From: a candidate division WOR-3 bacterium
Lineage (GTDB): Bacteria; Hydrothermota; Tepidihabitantia; SM23-42; JAOAFX01
Assembly: GCA_039802145.1 (NCBI GenBank)
Contig: JBDRWA010000003.1
Coordinates: 1-42,175, forward strand
Direction of reading: 5' to 3'
DNA: 42,175 nt
Made by a program: the position numbers and the translations under genes. Below the pieces are notes generated by a model. It searched no databases, was not told the DNA's origin, and saw only the letters and a program-made list of their open reading frames with translations. Of this stretch, positions 1-10,291 are shown in pieces (position 1 is the stretch's first letter; every line of letters starts with the position of its first letter).

Positions 1-2238
1 TGCAGTATACAATTTCTCGCGCACCTTTGAAATCTTTGTGTAGAATGCCTGAGCAATCTTTTCATTTATTTCTATCGGCGTAGTGTAATTAACCGGGAAC
101 GGGTCTCTGGGAGTAAGGGTTGAAAACATTACGACCTCTGCCCTTTCATCAATTGCTGGTTGTTTAACAATGTTTGCTGGTTCAAATCCGTGGATTTCAT
201 AACGCGGGGTCATTATCTCTTTTTCCAGAGTAAAATAAACCTTTTCCAGCCCCGGCTGTAATTCACTCACTGCAAAGACTGCCTCATCAACGATTGCCAG
301 ACAGAGTGCTGCGATCTTAGGTCTGCCATTTCTGTCGGTAATCTTAAATACGATCTCACCATCCTCACCAGGTAGATACTCTTTTTTATTTGGTTCTGCT
401 TTTATCACCAAATCATTTGCCCCGTGAATATAGCAGAATCTTGTATCACGAATGATATCTGACCCCGGAGTAACTATATATGCGTGCAACCAGATTGAAC
501 CCGTAATATCTGGTGTCAGTTGCAGTTGATAATTTCCCTTGCCATTTTTAATCTCAACTGATTTGGTGAGAATAGTTTGATTATCTTTGACAATATCAAG
601 ATAAACTCTACCTGTTTTTTTCGTTGTTAGAAATTCTAAATTGATATTATCACCAACCTTGTATATTCCCCGTTTCATGCGTATTATTATCTGGTCCTGT
701 TCTGTATTTAGAGTAAATTCTTTTTTCACCTCTGCAGCTTCGCCTTTATTATCGGTAACCTTCGCACTAATCTTTATTTTATCATCTTTTGGTTTATATA
801 CAAATTCTGCAACACCATAATCATCGGTCTTGCTGATCAGTTTTGTTCCTTCTATATTTAATTCAACCTGTGCCAGACAGGGCGAACCATCAGGATAATT
901 CGCCACGACATATATTCTGTTTTCAAGATTGGGTTTTAATTGGCCACCTTCCGGCACAATTGCAATATTAATCAGATTCTGCACAACCTTTTTTGTCAAA
1001 GATATCTTTTCACTGTGATTTGCTTTATCAATTACCTCTATATCAAGACGGACAAAGGCATCCCCTTTTTCCAGGGGCTCACCAACAAAGTATTCAGGAA
1101 GTCTATAACTGAGATGATATAAACCATCTTTATTAGTCCTGCCTTCAATGACTGCTTCTTCGTTGAAGCCGATATCAAATTTATATACTGTGATCTTTAC
1201 CTTTCCATCCACGACCGGTTTGCCAAAGAAATACTGGACATCAATGTCTCCTTCAATTCTTTCACCGGGTAAATAGAATTCTTTATCAGTCTTAAGTGTA
1301 ATTTTGAATTTGGGCAGGACATATTTTTCAATCTTTACGGTTTTCTCAGTCTTTTCATTATCAAGGATTGCACGAATCACCCAGTTGCCAAAATTGACCT
1401 CATCAGCAAGTAAAAAAGGTGTATATGCAACGCCGAATTCATCAGTCTTTAATGCCTTTTTAAAAACCTTATTGCCCTTTGCATCTTCAACCTCAAATAT
1501 TATCTCTTTATTCTTCACTGCATTTAGTTTGGGCTTCTGGAGTGACAATGTTCTTATATGGATTGTCTGTCCGGGTTGATAAATTGGCTTATCCGTAACC
1601 AGATATGTTAAATTACCCGTTGTTATTTTAAAACTTGTATTATATTCGTCTTTGCCTAAATCAGAATTTACAATGAATTTTAATTCACCACCCTTTACAT
1701 CCTCTGGTAAATTAAAAGAAACTTCACAGTTACCAAAATAGTCTGTGCTGCCTTCATAAACGGTGCGGTCAGTCTTTTGCCCCTGTAAAACTACCTTTAT
1801 TTTTGCCCCGGTAATAGGCTCTTCAGTCCTTTGATTTTTTACGATAACGCGATATTTTATTAAAGTACCGGAAATAAAATTATCCTGCCCCAAAATTTTA
1901 ACGATCATCTTATCTTGAAGTTGGAATAAAGAATAAACCTTTTCGGTTTTCTTAAATTTTACCTTTATCCTTAAAAGGTCCGGGTCTTCAACTTCTTTTT
2001 TTAATCTTATTTTTGTCGAAAATGAATAATAATCCTTGTTTATGTATATCCATTGGCTGAATTCCCCTATAACATTATCTTCAGGGTCCAATACCCAGAC
2101 TTCACACTTGCCGATTTCTCCTTTTAATCCTTCAAACGGTATATTTAAGGTAAGTTCAGTGCCTTTACCATTGGAACCATTACCGGATATTAGTCCTAAA
2201 GCAAGTATTCCAATGCTCAATGGTAAAAATGATTTCAT
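1..2238 (-). CDS. Alpha-2-macroglobulin family protein (MG2/MG3/A2M_BRD region), 3' part outside window
   Basis: Absent from ORF track. ATG at 2238 with AAGGAGG RBS (2243-2249); frame reads open to position 1. Signal-like N-terminus MKSFLPLSIGILALGLISG. Motifs LVTDKPIYQPGQTIHIR, TDEFGVAYTPFLL, EKYVLPKFKI, LAIVDEAVFAV are typical of A2M. Confidence 0.88.
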   Translation of the reverse strand, partial: MKSFLPLSIGILALGLISGNGSNGKGTELTLNIPFEGLKGEIGKCEVWVLDPEDNVIGEFSQWIYINKDYYSFSTKIRLKKEVEDPDLLRIKVKFKKTEKVYSLFQLQDKMIVKILGQDNFISGTLIKYRVIVKNQRTEEPITGAKIKVVLQGQKTDRTVYEGSTDYFGNCEVSFNLPEDVKGGELKFIVNSDLGKDEYNTSFKITTGNLTYLVTDKPIYQPGQTIHIRTLSLQKPKLNAVKNKEIIFEVEDAKGNKVFKKALKTDEFGVAYTPFLLADEVNFGNWVIRAILDNEKTEKTVKIEKYVLPKFKITLKTDKEFYLPGERIEGDIDVQYFFGKPVVDGKVKITVYKFDIGFNEEAVIEGRTNKDGLYHLSYRLPEYFVGEPLEKGDAFVRLDIEVIDKANHSEKISLTKKVVQNLINIAIVPEGGQLKPNLENRIYVVANYPDGSPCLAQVELNIEGTKLISKTDDYGVAEFVYKPKDDKIKISAKVTDNKGEAAEVKKEFTLNTEQDQIIIRMKRGIYKVGDNINLEFLTTKKTGRVYLDIVKDNQTILTKSVEIKNGKGNYQLQLTPDITGSIWLHAYIVTPGSDIIRDTRFCYIHGANDLVIKAEPNKKEYLPGEDGEIVFKITDRNGRPKIAALCLAIVDEAVFAVSELQPGLEKVYFTLEKEIMTPRYEIHGFEPANIVKQPAIDERAEVVMFSTLTPRDPFPVNYTTPIEINEKIAQAFYTKISKVREKLYTA

Positions 2239-2291
2239 TATTCCTCCTTATCTATAATTAATTACAAATTTTCTTAAAAAAAATTCCTTTT

Positions 2292-3593
2292 TTATAACTT
2301 TATTTTATTTAGTTCATTCACCGGTTTTGGTCTGCAAAGATAAAATCCCTGTCCATATTTAATTCCAAGGTCTTTCAGGAACTCCAATTCATTTTCATTC
2401 TCTATCCCTTCCGCGATAATTGTAGAATTAATACGATTAGCAAAATTTACAAATGATTTTATCAATTCCTGACGAATGAGATTTTTATCTATATCCCTGA
2501 CCAGGGTCCGGTCGTATTTCAAATAATCAGGTCCTATCTCGCTAATCCTTTCCAGCGTTGAATACCCCACACCTACATCATCAAGGGCTATCTTTAATCC
2601 TCTGCCTTTTGTCCTGACCAGTATCTCCTGATAGGTACCATAGTGGGGAATAGCAAATTTCTCAGTGATCTCAATGACGACACGATTATCTTTAACTCTA
2701 CATTCAGAAAGAAAATCAACAAAATGGTTATCAAGCAATCTCGGTATCTGGTCCGGAGTAATATTCAAAAATATTAATGAATTAGAATTAAGTTTGGATG
2801 CCTCCCTTATTGCATTATAGAGACACAATTCTTCAACCTTTGGTAGTAATTCATACCTTGCCGCGAATGTAAATATGGTATCAGGGTCTTCAAAGAAAGA
2901 ATCTTTTGGCCCACGACTGAGTGCCTCATAACCATAGATTGTTCCATCTCTTAAGTTAAATATAGGTTGATAAACCGTATAGATTGCCTTATTATCCAGC
3001 ATCTTCATTAATTCCGAGTAAAGTTCTTTTTCTTTCAATTTATCGGGATAATGGGCGGCATATTTTAAATCCTCAATCGCATGATAAAGAAGTCTCTCGG
3101 TTCTAACCATTGGGTCAAGCCTTATGATTTGATAACTTGTATGCAAATCAATTCTTTCTATTACCTCCTTATGTCCAAATTCATTTTTTATTACTTCAAC
3201 CTTATTCCTGAATTGCTCTGACAGGGTACTTAAATATGTTTTATCAACCAATCCACCGGATGAATTTTTGGTCAAAAAGATAAAAAAACCATCACCCATT
3301 ATTGAAGAAATGGCGATCAATGCTGAACGGGGAATTAGTTTGCCAATTTCTCCCATTACACATATTGTAAAAAGTTTTATCAGTTCGTCATAAACCTCCC
3401 ATCCAAACACCGGTTCAATCCTTTCCTGGTCACCTATTGAAAGGTACAAAATTCCAATTATCTTTTCTTTTTCAATAATCCTTCTCAAATCTTCTAATAC
3501 ACCATAGACCGTAGGGAGACCGCTTGCACGATCATAAAGATTAACGCGGTATTTATATAATTCAGATTGAACCTTTTCTATTTCATTATTCAT
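2292..3593 (-). CDS. EAL-domain c-di-GMP phosphodiesterase with N-terminal degenerate GGDEF domain
   Basis: EAL motifs YQPI, YEALSRG, FLNI, IEITE, LDDVGVGYS, KYDR, AEGIE, GQGF intact. N-terminus has DRASGLP and MGDGF, a degenerate GGDEF signature. Confidence 0.9.
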   Translation of the reverse strand: MNNEIEKVQSELYKYRVNLYDRASGLPTVYGVLEDLRRIIEKEKIIGILYLSIGDQERIEPVFGWEVYDELIKLFTICVMGEIGKLIPRSALIAISSIMGDGFFIFLTKNSSGGLVDKTYLSTLSEQFRNKVEVIKNEFGHKEVIERIDLHTSYQIIRLDPMVRTERLLYHAIEDLKYAAHYPDKLKEKELYSELMKMLDNKAIYTVYQPIFNLRDGTIYGYEALSRGPKDSFFEDPDTIFTFAARYELLPKVEELCLYNAIREASKLNSNSLIFLNITPDQIPRLLDNHFVDFLSECRVKDNRVVIEITEKFAIPHYGTYQEILVRTKGRGLKIALDDVGVGYSTLERISEIGPDYLKYDRTLVRDIDKNLIRQELIKSFVNFANRINSTIIAEGIENENELEFLKDLGIKYGQGFYLCRPKPVNELNKIKL

Positions 3594-3976
3594 AGATTAT
3601 TCTTTTTAATGTAAAGAAAAATATCATTTATCCTTTTTAGCAGTTCGTCAGCAGTGAACGGTTTACAGATATAATCAACTGCACCTTCCTTTAATCCAAT
3701 GATCTTATCATAGGCGTCCACCCTTGCAGTCAACATCGCAACCGGGATCTTTTTTAATTGCTCTTCCGATTTCAACATCTGCATCATCTGCCAACCATCA
3801 ATTTCAGGAAGCATAATATCAAGCAATATAAGATCTATCTTTTCGGACTGAAGGATTGCCAGCCCCTGTTTGGCATCCTTTGCCTTAAAGACCTTATACC
3901 CTCCATCCTTCAACACCCTTTCCACAAAATCAAGGATGTCGTCTTCATCATCAATGACCAGAATATTTTTATTCAT
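3590..3976 (-). CDS. Single-domain response regulator (receiver only)
   Basis: VIDDE, LLDIMLP (phospho-Asp), LTA, KPF; 128 aa with no output domain. Confidence 0.93.
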   Translation of the reverse strand: MNKNILVIDDEDDILDFVERVLKDGGYKVFKAKDAKQGLAILQSEKIDLILLDIMLPEIDGWQMMQMLKSEEQLKKIPVAMLTARVDAYDKIIGLKEGAVDYICKPFTADELLKRINDIFLYIKKNNL

Positions 3977-5447
3977 TCTGCCCTCCCTGGGGTATGATAA
4001 AATAAAAGCTTGTCAACCCCTCTTTGCTCTCTGCCCATATCTTCCCTTGATGGGCTTCAATGATATTTTGGGCAATAGTTAGTCCAAGACCAATGCCCCC
4101 ATATTTTCTTGAAGTTGTGGCATCGACCTGATAAAAAGGTTCAAAAATTTTTCCGACCTGATCTGGAGGGATAGTTGCACCATAATTTGAGATTTTAAAT
4201 CTAAAATATTCTTGGTTTTCTTTATTTATCATATCAGTTTTGAAAATTATTTCTGTTTCAGGAGTGGTAAATTTTATGCTGTTGTTTATCAAATTTTCAA
4301 TCACGGTTCTAAGATTATCTTTGTCAGCGTAGAGCCTTTTTGCTTCAATTGATTTTTTTATCACAAGACCCTTCAGTTTGATTTCGGGTGTAAAATTATT
4401 TATAACATCATCTATTAACTCATTAATATCAAACTCTTCAGGCTTTAATTTGATTCCTTCCATTGTATATTTAGAGATCAAAAGGAGAGAATGGATTTCT
4501 TTATTTAACCGCTCTAAATTTCTGCGGATTATTTCAAGGCTATGCTTCTGGTCCTGGCTTAGAGGACCCATCTTTTCCTTCTCCATATAATCTACATAAC
4601 CAATTGAGGCAGTTAGCGGTGTCCTCAGTTCGTGGGAAATATTGGCAAGAAGGTGAGTCTTCTGGGCATCCCTTTTTCTCAATTCGTCAATTAAATTATT
4701 CAATTCCCTTATATTATCCCTTATTTTTTCGGTCATAAAGTTGAATGCATTTGCAAGGTCTTCAAATTCATCACCAGTTTTAATTCTAATTAATTGGTTG
4801 AAATCACCCCGGGCAATCTTTCTTGCGGCGTCGGTTAAGACTTTTAAATGACCGGTGATTCGATTAGAAGCGATGATTGAAAGTATTATACTCAAAATTA
4901 TTGTGGATACTCCCATCAATACACTACTTAATACAACTGCGGATAATTCTTTCTTTAATCGCACAAGAGAAAAGTAATAGATAATAGAATAATTGTGAAC
5001 ACCATACTCATCTATATATGGAGCAACAATACAGACTTCATTATCAGTATGGATATTTATCTCCATCTTCTTTATATTCTCAAGAACAAATTTGTCATTC
5101 GTATATTTGATATCAGATACTGAGAAAAAGCCCTTCTCATACAACTCCATATCATATTGGATTCTACCTGAAAGGTCAATGATCTGAATATTTTTCAAAT
5201 CACGATTCAAATCCTTCTGGCTAATAACAATTGAACGGAATTTAAAAAAAGCATTTTTAAAATAACGTAAAAAAGACTCGCCGACCTTGTCGTTTGATAA
5301 TTGGACAAACATTTCAGCACCGGTAACAATTTCGGTCTGTAACTCTCTCACCCGATATGAGGCCATAAATACTCCCATTATACTGAAGACCACAATAATG
5401 ATACAAGAGAGCACAAATATCAATTTAGTTTTAAATGAAAGTCTCAT
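3969..5447 (-). CDS. Membrane sensor histidine kinase (2 TM, periplasmic domain, HAMP, HisKA, HATPase_c)
   Basis: Two hydrophobic segments, HAMP-like IARGDFN..TGDEFEDLANAFN, SHELRTPL, ENLINNSIKF, IFEPFYQ, GIGLGL. Confidence 0.93.
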   Translation of the reverse strand: MRLSFKTKLIFVLSCIIIVVFSIMGVFMASYRVRELQTEIVTGAEMFVQLSNDKVGESFLRYFKNAFFKFRSIVISQKDLNRDLKNIQIIDLSGRIQYDMELYEKGFFSVSDIKYTNDKFVLENIKKMEINIHTDNEVCIVAPYIDEYGVHNYSIIYYFSLVRLKKELSAVVLSSVLMGVSTIILSIILSIIASNRITGHLKVLTDAARKIARGDFNQLIRIKTGDEFEDLANAFNFMTEKIRDNIRELNNLIDELRKRDAQKTHLLANISHELRTPLTASIGYVDYMEKEKMGPLSQDQKHSLEIIRRNLERLNKEIHSLLLISKYTMEGIKLKPEEFDINELIDDVINNFTPEIKLKGLVIKKSIEAKRLYADKDNLRTVIENLINNSIKFTTPETEIIFKTDMINKENQEYFRFKISNYGATIPPDQVGKIFEPFYQVDATTSRKYGGIGLGLTIAQNIIEAHQGKIWAESKEGLTSFYFIIPQGGQNE

Positions 5448-6919
5448 TTGCTAAACTCTATTTCTTTCAAGCGTATTGTTTGATCAATTCTGGGTTTGAA
5501 TTCAATATCCTTAGAGATACCGTATAATCTTGGTTCCCATACGATCGGAACAGCCGGCATATCATTCAGTAGAACGATTTGTATTTCTTTAATTAGATTT
5601 AATCTTTGTTCGAGGTCTTCGGTTTTGAAAGCAAGGTCAATAAGACTATCAACTATCGGTTTTGAAAATCCTGAACGATTCATTAAACCAGTTCTTTTAT
5701 CAGGATTAAATGTGTAGAAAAATGGGGCAATCATGCCGCCAAGCCCGTCTAAATTTGTGACCAAAGACGAAATCAAAATAAAATCAAACTTCCTTTCTTC
5801 AACAACTCTCCAGAATTCTTCAATATCAAGGGCAGTTTCTTTCACATCAATTCCTATTGCATGTAAATAACCACCAATTTTACTTGCGATGCGTTGGACC
5901 GGCTTGCCATAATAGAAAGAAATCTTTGTTTTACCAAAGTCTTTAATTAGCAATCTTGCACTATCAGGATTATATTGAAGTGGTGGGAGATCGGAGCAAT
6001 AGCCAATCAACCCTTTGGGAACGAATTGATTCGCAGGTTCAGCAAGTCCATAATATAATTGATTATCAATCTCCTGTCTATTTATTGCCATTGACAATGC
6101 CTTACGGAAATCTTTATTATTAAATGGTTGCTTTTTTAAATTAAATTGAAGATACCTTGTTGCTACAATAGCTATTATCTCCATTTTTATACTATCTTTC
6201 AGTTTATAGTATAAATCTACTGGCAAACCATACATAATACAGAATTCCGAACTTTTAAGCAATTTTATACGGTCTTCTAATTCAGGTATAAATCTGAATA
6301 CACCTTTTACAATCAGAGGTTTCTTCCCCCAATAATTTTGATACAAATCACAAATGATAGAATCTTCCGAAACAAAAACATTTCTGTACGGGCCAGTGCC
6401 CACCGGATTTGAAAAATCATTATAGCCATTGGGAATAATATATAGTAAATCGAGTTCGTTTAAAAGAGAATAGTAGGGAAATTTTGTCTTTATTACAATT
6501 CGGTAAGAATTTATAGCATATATCGTATCAATTACTCTAACAAGACCAGACCTCTCGCTTTTTTTTTCACGAATCGGTCGGTATAATGAATATACAACAT
6601 CTTCGGCCTTCATTTCTTTGCCATTATGGAATAATACATTTTCTCGTAGGTCAAATATCCAGGTTAAACTATCGCTTTGATACCAATTTTTGGCAAGACA
6701 AGGGGTTATTCTCAAATCGGGTGTATAGTCAACAAGGGCTTCATAAATATTAGAAAGGATAGAAATAGTTACTATTTCATTACGCAGATGTGGATCAAGT
6801 GTTCTTGGTGGATGGTCATATAAAACAGTAATTGTATATGTTCTCCTATGGCAGAAGATTGAGAATAATAGGCAGTATATTAGAAATAAAAATTTAATTT
6901 TTTTTATATTATTCATCAT
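5444..6919 (-). CDS. Family 5 (OppA/DppA/NikA-like) solute-binding protein, probable lipoprotein
   Basis: TLDPH, NIYEALV, FDLRENVLFHNGKEMKAEDVVYS, PVGTGPY, RKALSMAINR; signal peptide ending SIFC. Confidence 0.88.
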   Translation of the reverse strand: MMNNIKKIKFLFLIYCLLFSIFCHRRTYTITVLYDHPPRTLDPHLRNEIVTISILSNIYEALVDYTPDLRITPCLAKNWYQSDSLTWIFDLRENVLFHNGKEMKAEDVVYSLYRPIREKKSERSGLVRVIDTIYAINSYRIVIKTKFPYYSLLNELDLLYIIPNGYNDFSNPVGTGPYRNVFVSEDSIICDLYQNYWGKKPLIVKGVFRFIPELEDRIKLLKSSEFCIMYGLPVDLYYKLKDSIKMEIIAIVATRYLQFNLKKQPFNNKDFRKALSMAINRQEIDNQLYYGLAEPANQFVPKGLIGYCSDLPPLQYNPDSARLLIKDFGKTKISFYYGKPVQRIASKIGGYLHAIGIDVKETALDIEEFWRVVEERKFDFILISSLVTNLDGLGGMIAPFFYTFNPDKRTGLMNRSGFSKPIVDSLIDLAFKTEDLEQRLNLIKEIQIVLLNDMPAVPIVWEPRLYGISKDIEFKPRIDQTIRLKEIEFSK

Positions 6920-8412
6920 TTTCGTAATTTTATTTCCTTTATAATTATCAACTCATCCAGCCTTGGATTCCAATCTATTCTATCTGAAATACCATATATC
7001 TCCTTTTCCCAGACCACCGGAATTTTCGGCAGGTCTTTTAGTAAAATTTTCTGGGCATCACTGATGAGTTTTGCACAAGTGCGTAAATCATAGATACGAA
7101 TCATTTTCTCAATTATAAGGTCCAGTTCTTTGTTTGAATAATTACTATTATTTAAATTCCCTAATCCTTTTTTAGTATCTTTTGTATGAAAAGAACTGCG
7201 CAATATACTCACACCTTCATTGGAAAGCGGAACACTTCCAATAAGGTAAAAATCAGACCTTTTGCTATTTATTTTTTCCCAGTATTTATCCACAGAAAGT
7301 GGGTGGGCAGTTATCTTAATTCCAATTTTTTCCATATCTTCAATGATTGCCCTTGCAATAAAGGCGCGGGATTCTGCAAAATCAAAGTCAATCACCGGGA
7401 GTTCGCCAATCTTTTTTAACAACTTCCTTGCACTATCAGGATTATAGATAAATTGTGGTAGATTATAATCAAAGCCAAATAACCCCTGACTTATAAACTG
7501 GTTTGCGGGAACCGCAAAATTTTGATACACATTTTCTGCAAGGAATTGCCTATTTATACCAAGGTTTAGTGCCTGACGAAATTCGGGTTGATTAAATGGA
7601 AATTTACTCAAATCCATTTCTATGTACCTGACTGCGACACCGGAAGTTGCAATAATCCTTCCTGCATTTGATATTTGCTCTAAATATGTTAGGGGGATAA
7701 ATGTTATTATATCAGCCTTTTTTTCTCTCAATAATTCAATTCTTTTTGTCACTTCAGGAACAAAAATGATTGTAGCACGCTCAAAATCAATTCTGTTATT
7801 CCAGTAATTACTAAATCTCACCAGTTCAATCTTATCTTTACCTAAATTTTTTACTCGGTAGGGACCGGTCCCACAGAATATCCTATCCGATGGATTAAAT
7901 TTTTCAGGAATGATAAAAATATTTGCGAGGTCATACAATAAAAAAGGATTGGGCATCTTCAAACGAACCAAAATCTTATTTGTATCCTCAGGAATTATAG
8001 TGTCAACATAACCCTTGAGTGCAGTATATTGTGAGCCGGGAAGATTAAAAGGTCGATAAATTGAGTATATTACATCAGATGAACTTAATTTCTTATCATT
8101 ATGGAATCGCACATTATCTCTCAGGTAAAAACGCCAGGTGAGGGAATCGAGTTTTTCCCAGTATTCAGCGATACCGGGGATTATCTTCATATTCGGGTCA
8201 ACTGTTACAAGTGCTTCATATATGTTGCTGAGAATTGAAATTGTAACAATCTGTCTCCGTAAGTGAGGATCAAAACTTGCAGGCATTGCATCATATACGA
8301 TCGTAATTTGGTTATTCTGATGAGAACAACCTATGAGAAAAAGATTAAAAGATATCAATATAAAACAAAAAATCACTTTGACATTTGACATTTGGCATTT
8401 GAAATTTTTCAT
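6916..8412 (-). CDS. Family 5 solute-binding lipoprotein (paralogue of the adjacent one)
   Basis: Lipobox LIGC; SFDPH, NIYEALV, LRDNVRFHN, GTGPY, RQALNLGINR. Start overlaps the hutU stop (TAATG). Confidence 0.88.
   Translation of the reverse strand: MKNFKCQMSNVKVIFCFILISFNLFLIGCSHQNNQITIVYDAMPASFDPHLRRQIVTISILSNIYEALVTVDPNMKIIPGIAEYWEKLDSLTWRFYLRDNVRFHNDKKLSSSDVIYSIYRPFNLPGSQYTALKGYVDTIIPEDTNKILVRLKMPNPFLLYDLANIFIIPEKFNPSDRIFCGTGPYRVKNLGKDKIELVRFSNYWNNRIDFERATIIFVPEVTKRIELLREKKADIITFIPLTYLEQISNAGRIIATSGVAVRYIEMDLSKFPFNQPEFRQALNLGINRQFLAENVYQNFAVPANQFISQGLFGFDYNLPQFIYNPDSARKLLKKIGELPVIDFDFAESRAFIARAIIEDMEKIGIKITAHPLSVDKYWEKINSKRSDFYLIGSVPLSNEGVSILRSSFHTKDTKKGLGNLNNSNYSNKELDLIIEKMIRIYDLRTCAKLISDAQKILLKDLPKIPVVWEKEIYGISDRIDWNPRLDELIIIKEIKLRK
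8377..8404. repeat. Degenerate heptamer tandem repeat TTTGACA/TTTGACA/TTTGGCA/TTTGAAA inside the SBP signal-peptide n-region
   Basis: Read directly; encodes FKCQMSNVK on the minus strand. Confidence 0.75.
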
Positions 8413-10091
8413 TATTTTTCCATTGGTATCTTTATCTTATATTTTTTTGCAAATTCAATCGCCTCTTTATATCCTGCATCACAGTGCCTCGCCACACCAA
8501 TCCCGGGGTCATTGGTCAATACCCTTTCAATCCTTTTATCCATTGTCTCTGTACCGTCACAGACTAAAACCTGTCCGGCATGGATTGAATAACCAATCCC
8601 CACTCCCCCACCATGGTGCACTGAAACCCAAGATGCACCAGATGCAGTATTCAAAAGCGCATTAAGAATGGGCCAATCTGCAATCGCATCCGAACCATCA
8701 ATCATTCCTTCAGTCTCCCGATACGGTGATGCAACTGAACCACAATCAAGGTGGTCTCGCCCAATGACTATCGGCGCCTTTAATTTACCTTCCCGGACGA
8801 GTTGATTTATTCTCAGACCAAATTTATCCCTTTCTCCATAACCAAGCCACATAATCCTTGCGGGCAATCCCTGAAATGGAATTTTTTTCTGGGCAAGTTC
8901 AATCCACCTGCGGATCGAAGGATTATCACCAAACATTTTTAGTACTTCACTATCTAATAAATAAATATCTTCTTTTTCACCGGATAGTGTTGCCCAGCGA
9001 AAAGGACCTTTCCCTTCGCAAAATAGTGGTCTTATATATTCAGGCACAAATCCGGGAATTTTAAACGGATCTTCAACTCCTGCCCTTTTTGCCTGACCAC
9101 GAATATTATTTCCATAATCAAAGGCAATTGCGCCTCTTTTCTGCATCTCAATCATCGCTTCCATTTGTTTTGCAATTGATTCCAGGGCCCGCTTTTTATA
9201 CTCTTCAGGGTTTCTACTCCGAAGTGCAAGCGCCTCATCAAGACTCATACCACCGGGCACGTAGCCATTTAATTCGTCATGGGCAGAGGTTTGGTCAGTC
9301 AGGACATCGGGGATGATATTCCTCTTTACAAGTTCTGGTTCAACATCTGCACAATTCCCCACGAGTCCGATTGAGCGTGGAATCTTTTTTTCAACCGCTT
9401 CAAATACCAACTTCAATGCCTCATCAAGATCATCTACCATCATATCACAGAAACCCTGTTTTACCCTGCGTTCAATCCTTTTGGGGTCAACCTCAATATC
9501 AAGTATCACACCTTCATTCATTGTAACGGCAAGGGGTTGGGCACCACTCATTCCACCCATACCACCGGTTAAAACCCATTTGCCTTTTAATGTTCCGCCA
9601 AAATGTTTTCTTGCACAGGCAGCAAAGGTTTCATAGGTCCCCTGAATGATCCCCTGGGTTCCAATATAAATCCAGCTCCCGGCAGTCATCTGTCCATACA
9701 TTATCAGACCAAGCATTTCCAGTTTTCTAAAATAATCCCAGTTTGCCCAGGCGGGTACCAATAAAGAATTTGCAATCAACACCCTTGGTGCATATTCAAA
9801 TGTTTTAAAGATCCCAACCGGCTTTCCTGATTGTATCAGTAGGGTTTCGTCATTTTCCAATGATTTGAGCGATTCTACAATCTTTTTGTAGCATTCCCAA
9901 TTTCTTGCCGCCCTACCACTTCCACCATAAACAATCAATTCTTCAGGTCTCTCGGCAACATCGGGGTCAAGGTTATTTTGTAGCATTCGTAAGGCGCCTT
10001 CCTGTTGCCAGGATTTACAAATCAATTTTGAACCCCGGGGCGCCCTTACTGGTTGATAAGAAAACTCCTTTAAGGTCATTGTTTTCTTCAT
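8412..10091 (-). CDS. hutU: Urocanate hydratase
   Basis: [64 protein letters not shown]; GGAGG RBS at 10096-10100. Confidence 0.97.
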   Translation of the reverse strand: MKKTMTLKEFSYQPVRAPRGSKLICKSWQQEGALRMLQNNLDPDVAERPEELIVYGGSGRAARNWECYKKIVESLKSLENDETLLIQSGKPVGIFKTFEYAPRVLIANSLLVPAWANWDYFRKLEMLGLIMYGQMTAGSWIYIGTQGIIQGTYETFAACARKHFGGTLKGKWVLTGGMGGMSGAQPLAVTMNEGVILDIEVDPKRIERRVKQGFCDMMVDDLDEALKLVFEAVEKKIPRSIGLVGNCADVEPELVKRNIIPDVLTDQTSAHDELNGYVPGGMSLDEALALRSRNPEEYKKRALESIAKQMEAMIEMQKRGAIAFDYGNNIRGQAKRAGVEDPFKIPGFVPEYIRPLFCEGKGPFRWATLSGEKEDIYLLDSEVLKMFGDNPSIRRWIELAQKKIPFQGLPARIMWLGYGERDKFGLRINQLVREGKLKAPIVIGRDHLDCGSVASPYRETEGMIDGSDAIADWPILNALLNTASGASWVSVHHGGGVGIGYSIHAGQVLVCDGTETMDKRIERVLTNDPGIGVARHCDAGYKEAIEFAKKYKIKIPMEK

Positions 10092-10107
10092 CAGACCTCC
10101 GTATATA

Positions 10108-10135
10108 ATTTTAATCCAATTTTATTGTATGTCAA
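10108..10135 (-). promoter_or_regulatory. sigma70-type promoter of hutU operon, TTGACA-16-TAAAAT
   Basis: -35 at 10135-10130, -10 at 10113-10108, followed by a short leader with GGAGG. Confidence 0.7.
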
Positions 10136-10210
10136 GTTAAATTTTTCGCTTTTAAATTGTTATAGTTATTTTTATTGAGGGTCTGAGCTTGTCAAAAGTT
10201 TTATAAACTC

Positions 10211-10265
10211 AATTTCAAAAGTCAACTTTTTCCAGGCTGTCTGCAAAGTGTTGACCTTTGAATTT
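10211..10265 (-). other. Long imperfect stem-loop downstream of the SDR gene (terminator or structured RNA candidate)
   Basis: Arms TTCAAAAGTCAAC (10214-10226) and GTTGACCTTTGAA (10250-10262). The single mismatch becomes a G-U pair on the minus strand. Confidence 0.5.
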
Positions 10266-10291
10266 CTTTTATCTAAAAAAAACCTAACTAT

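Noticed and set aside
940-2257. Short plus-strand ORFs 940..1122, 1304..1579, 2036..2257
   Set aside because: Antisense shadows of the long alpha-2-macroglobulin frame.
4160-4200. Kinase G1 box NYGAT instead of DxGxG as a sign of a pseudokinase
   Set aside because: Asn-type G1 boxes occur in active kinases, and the H, N, F and G2 boxes are intact.
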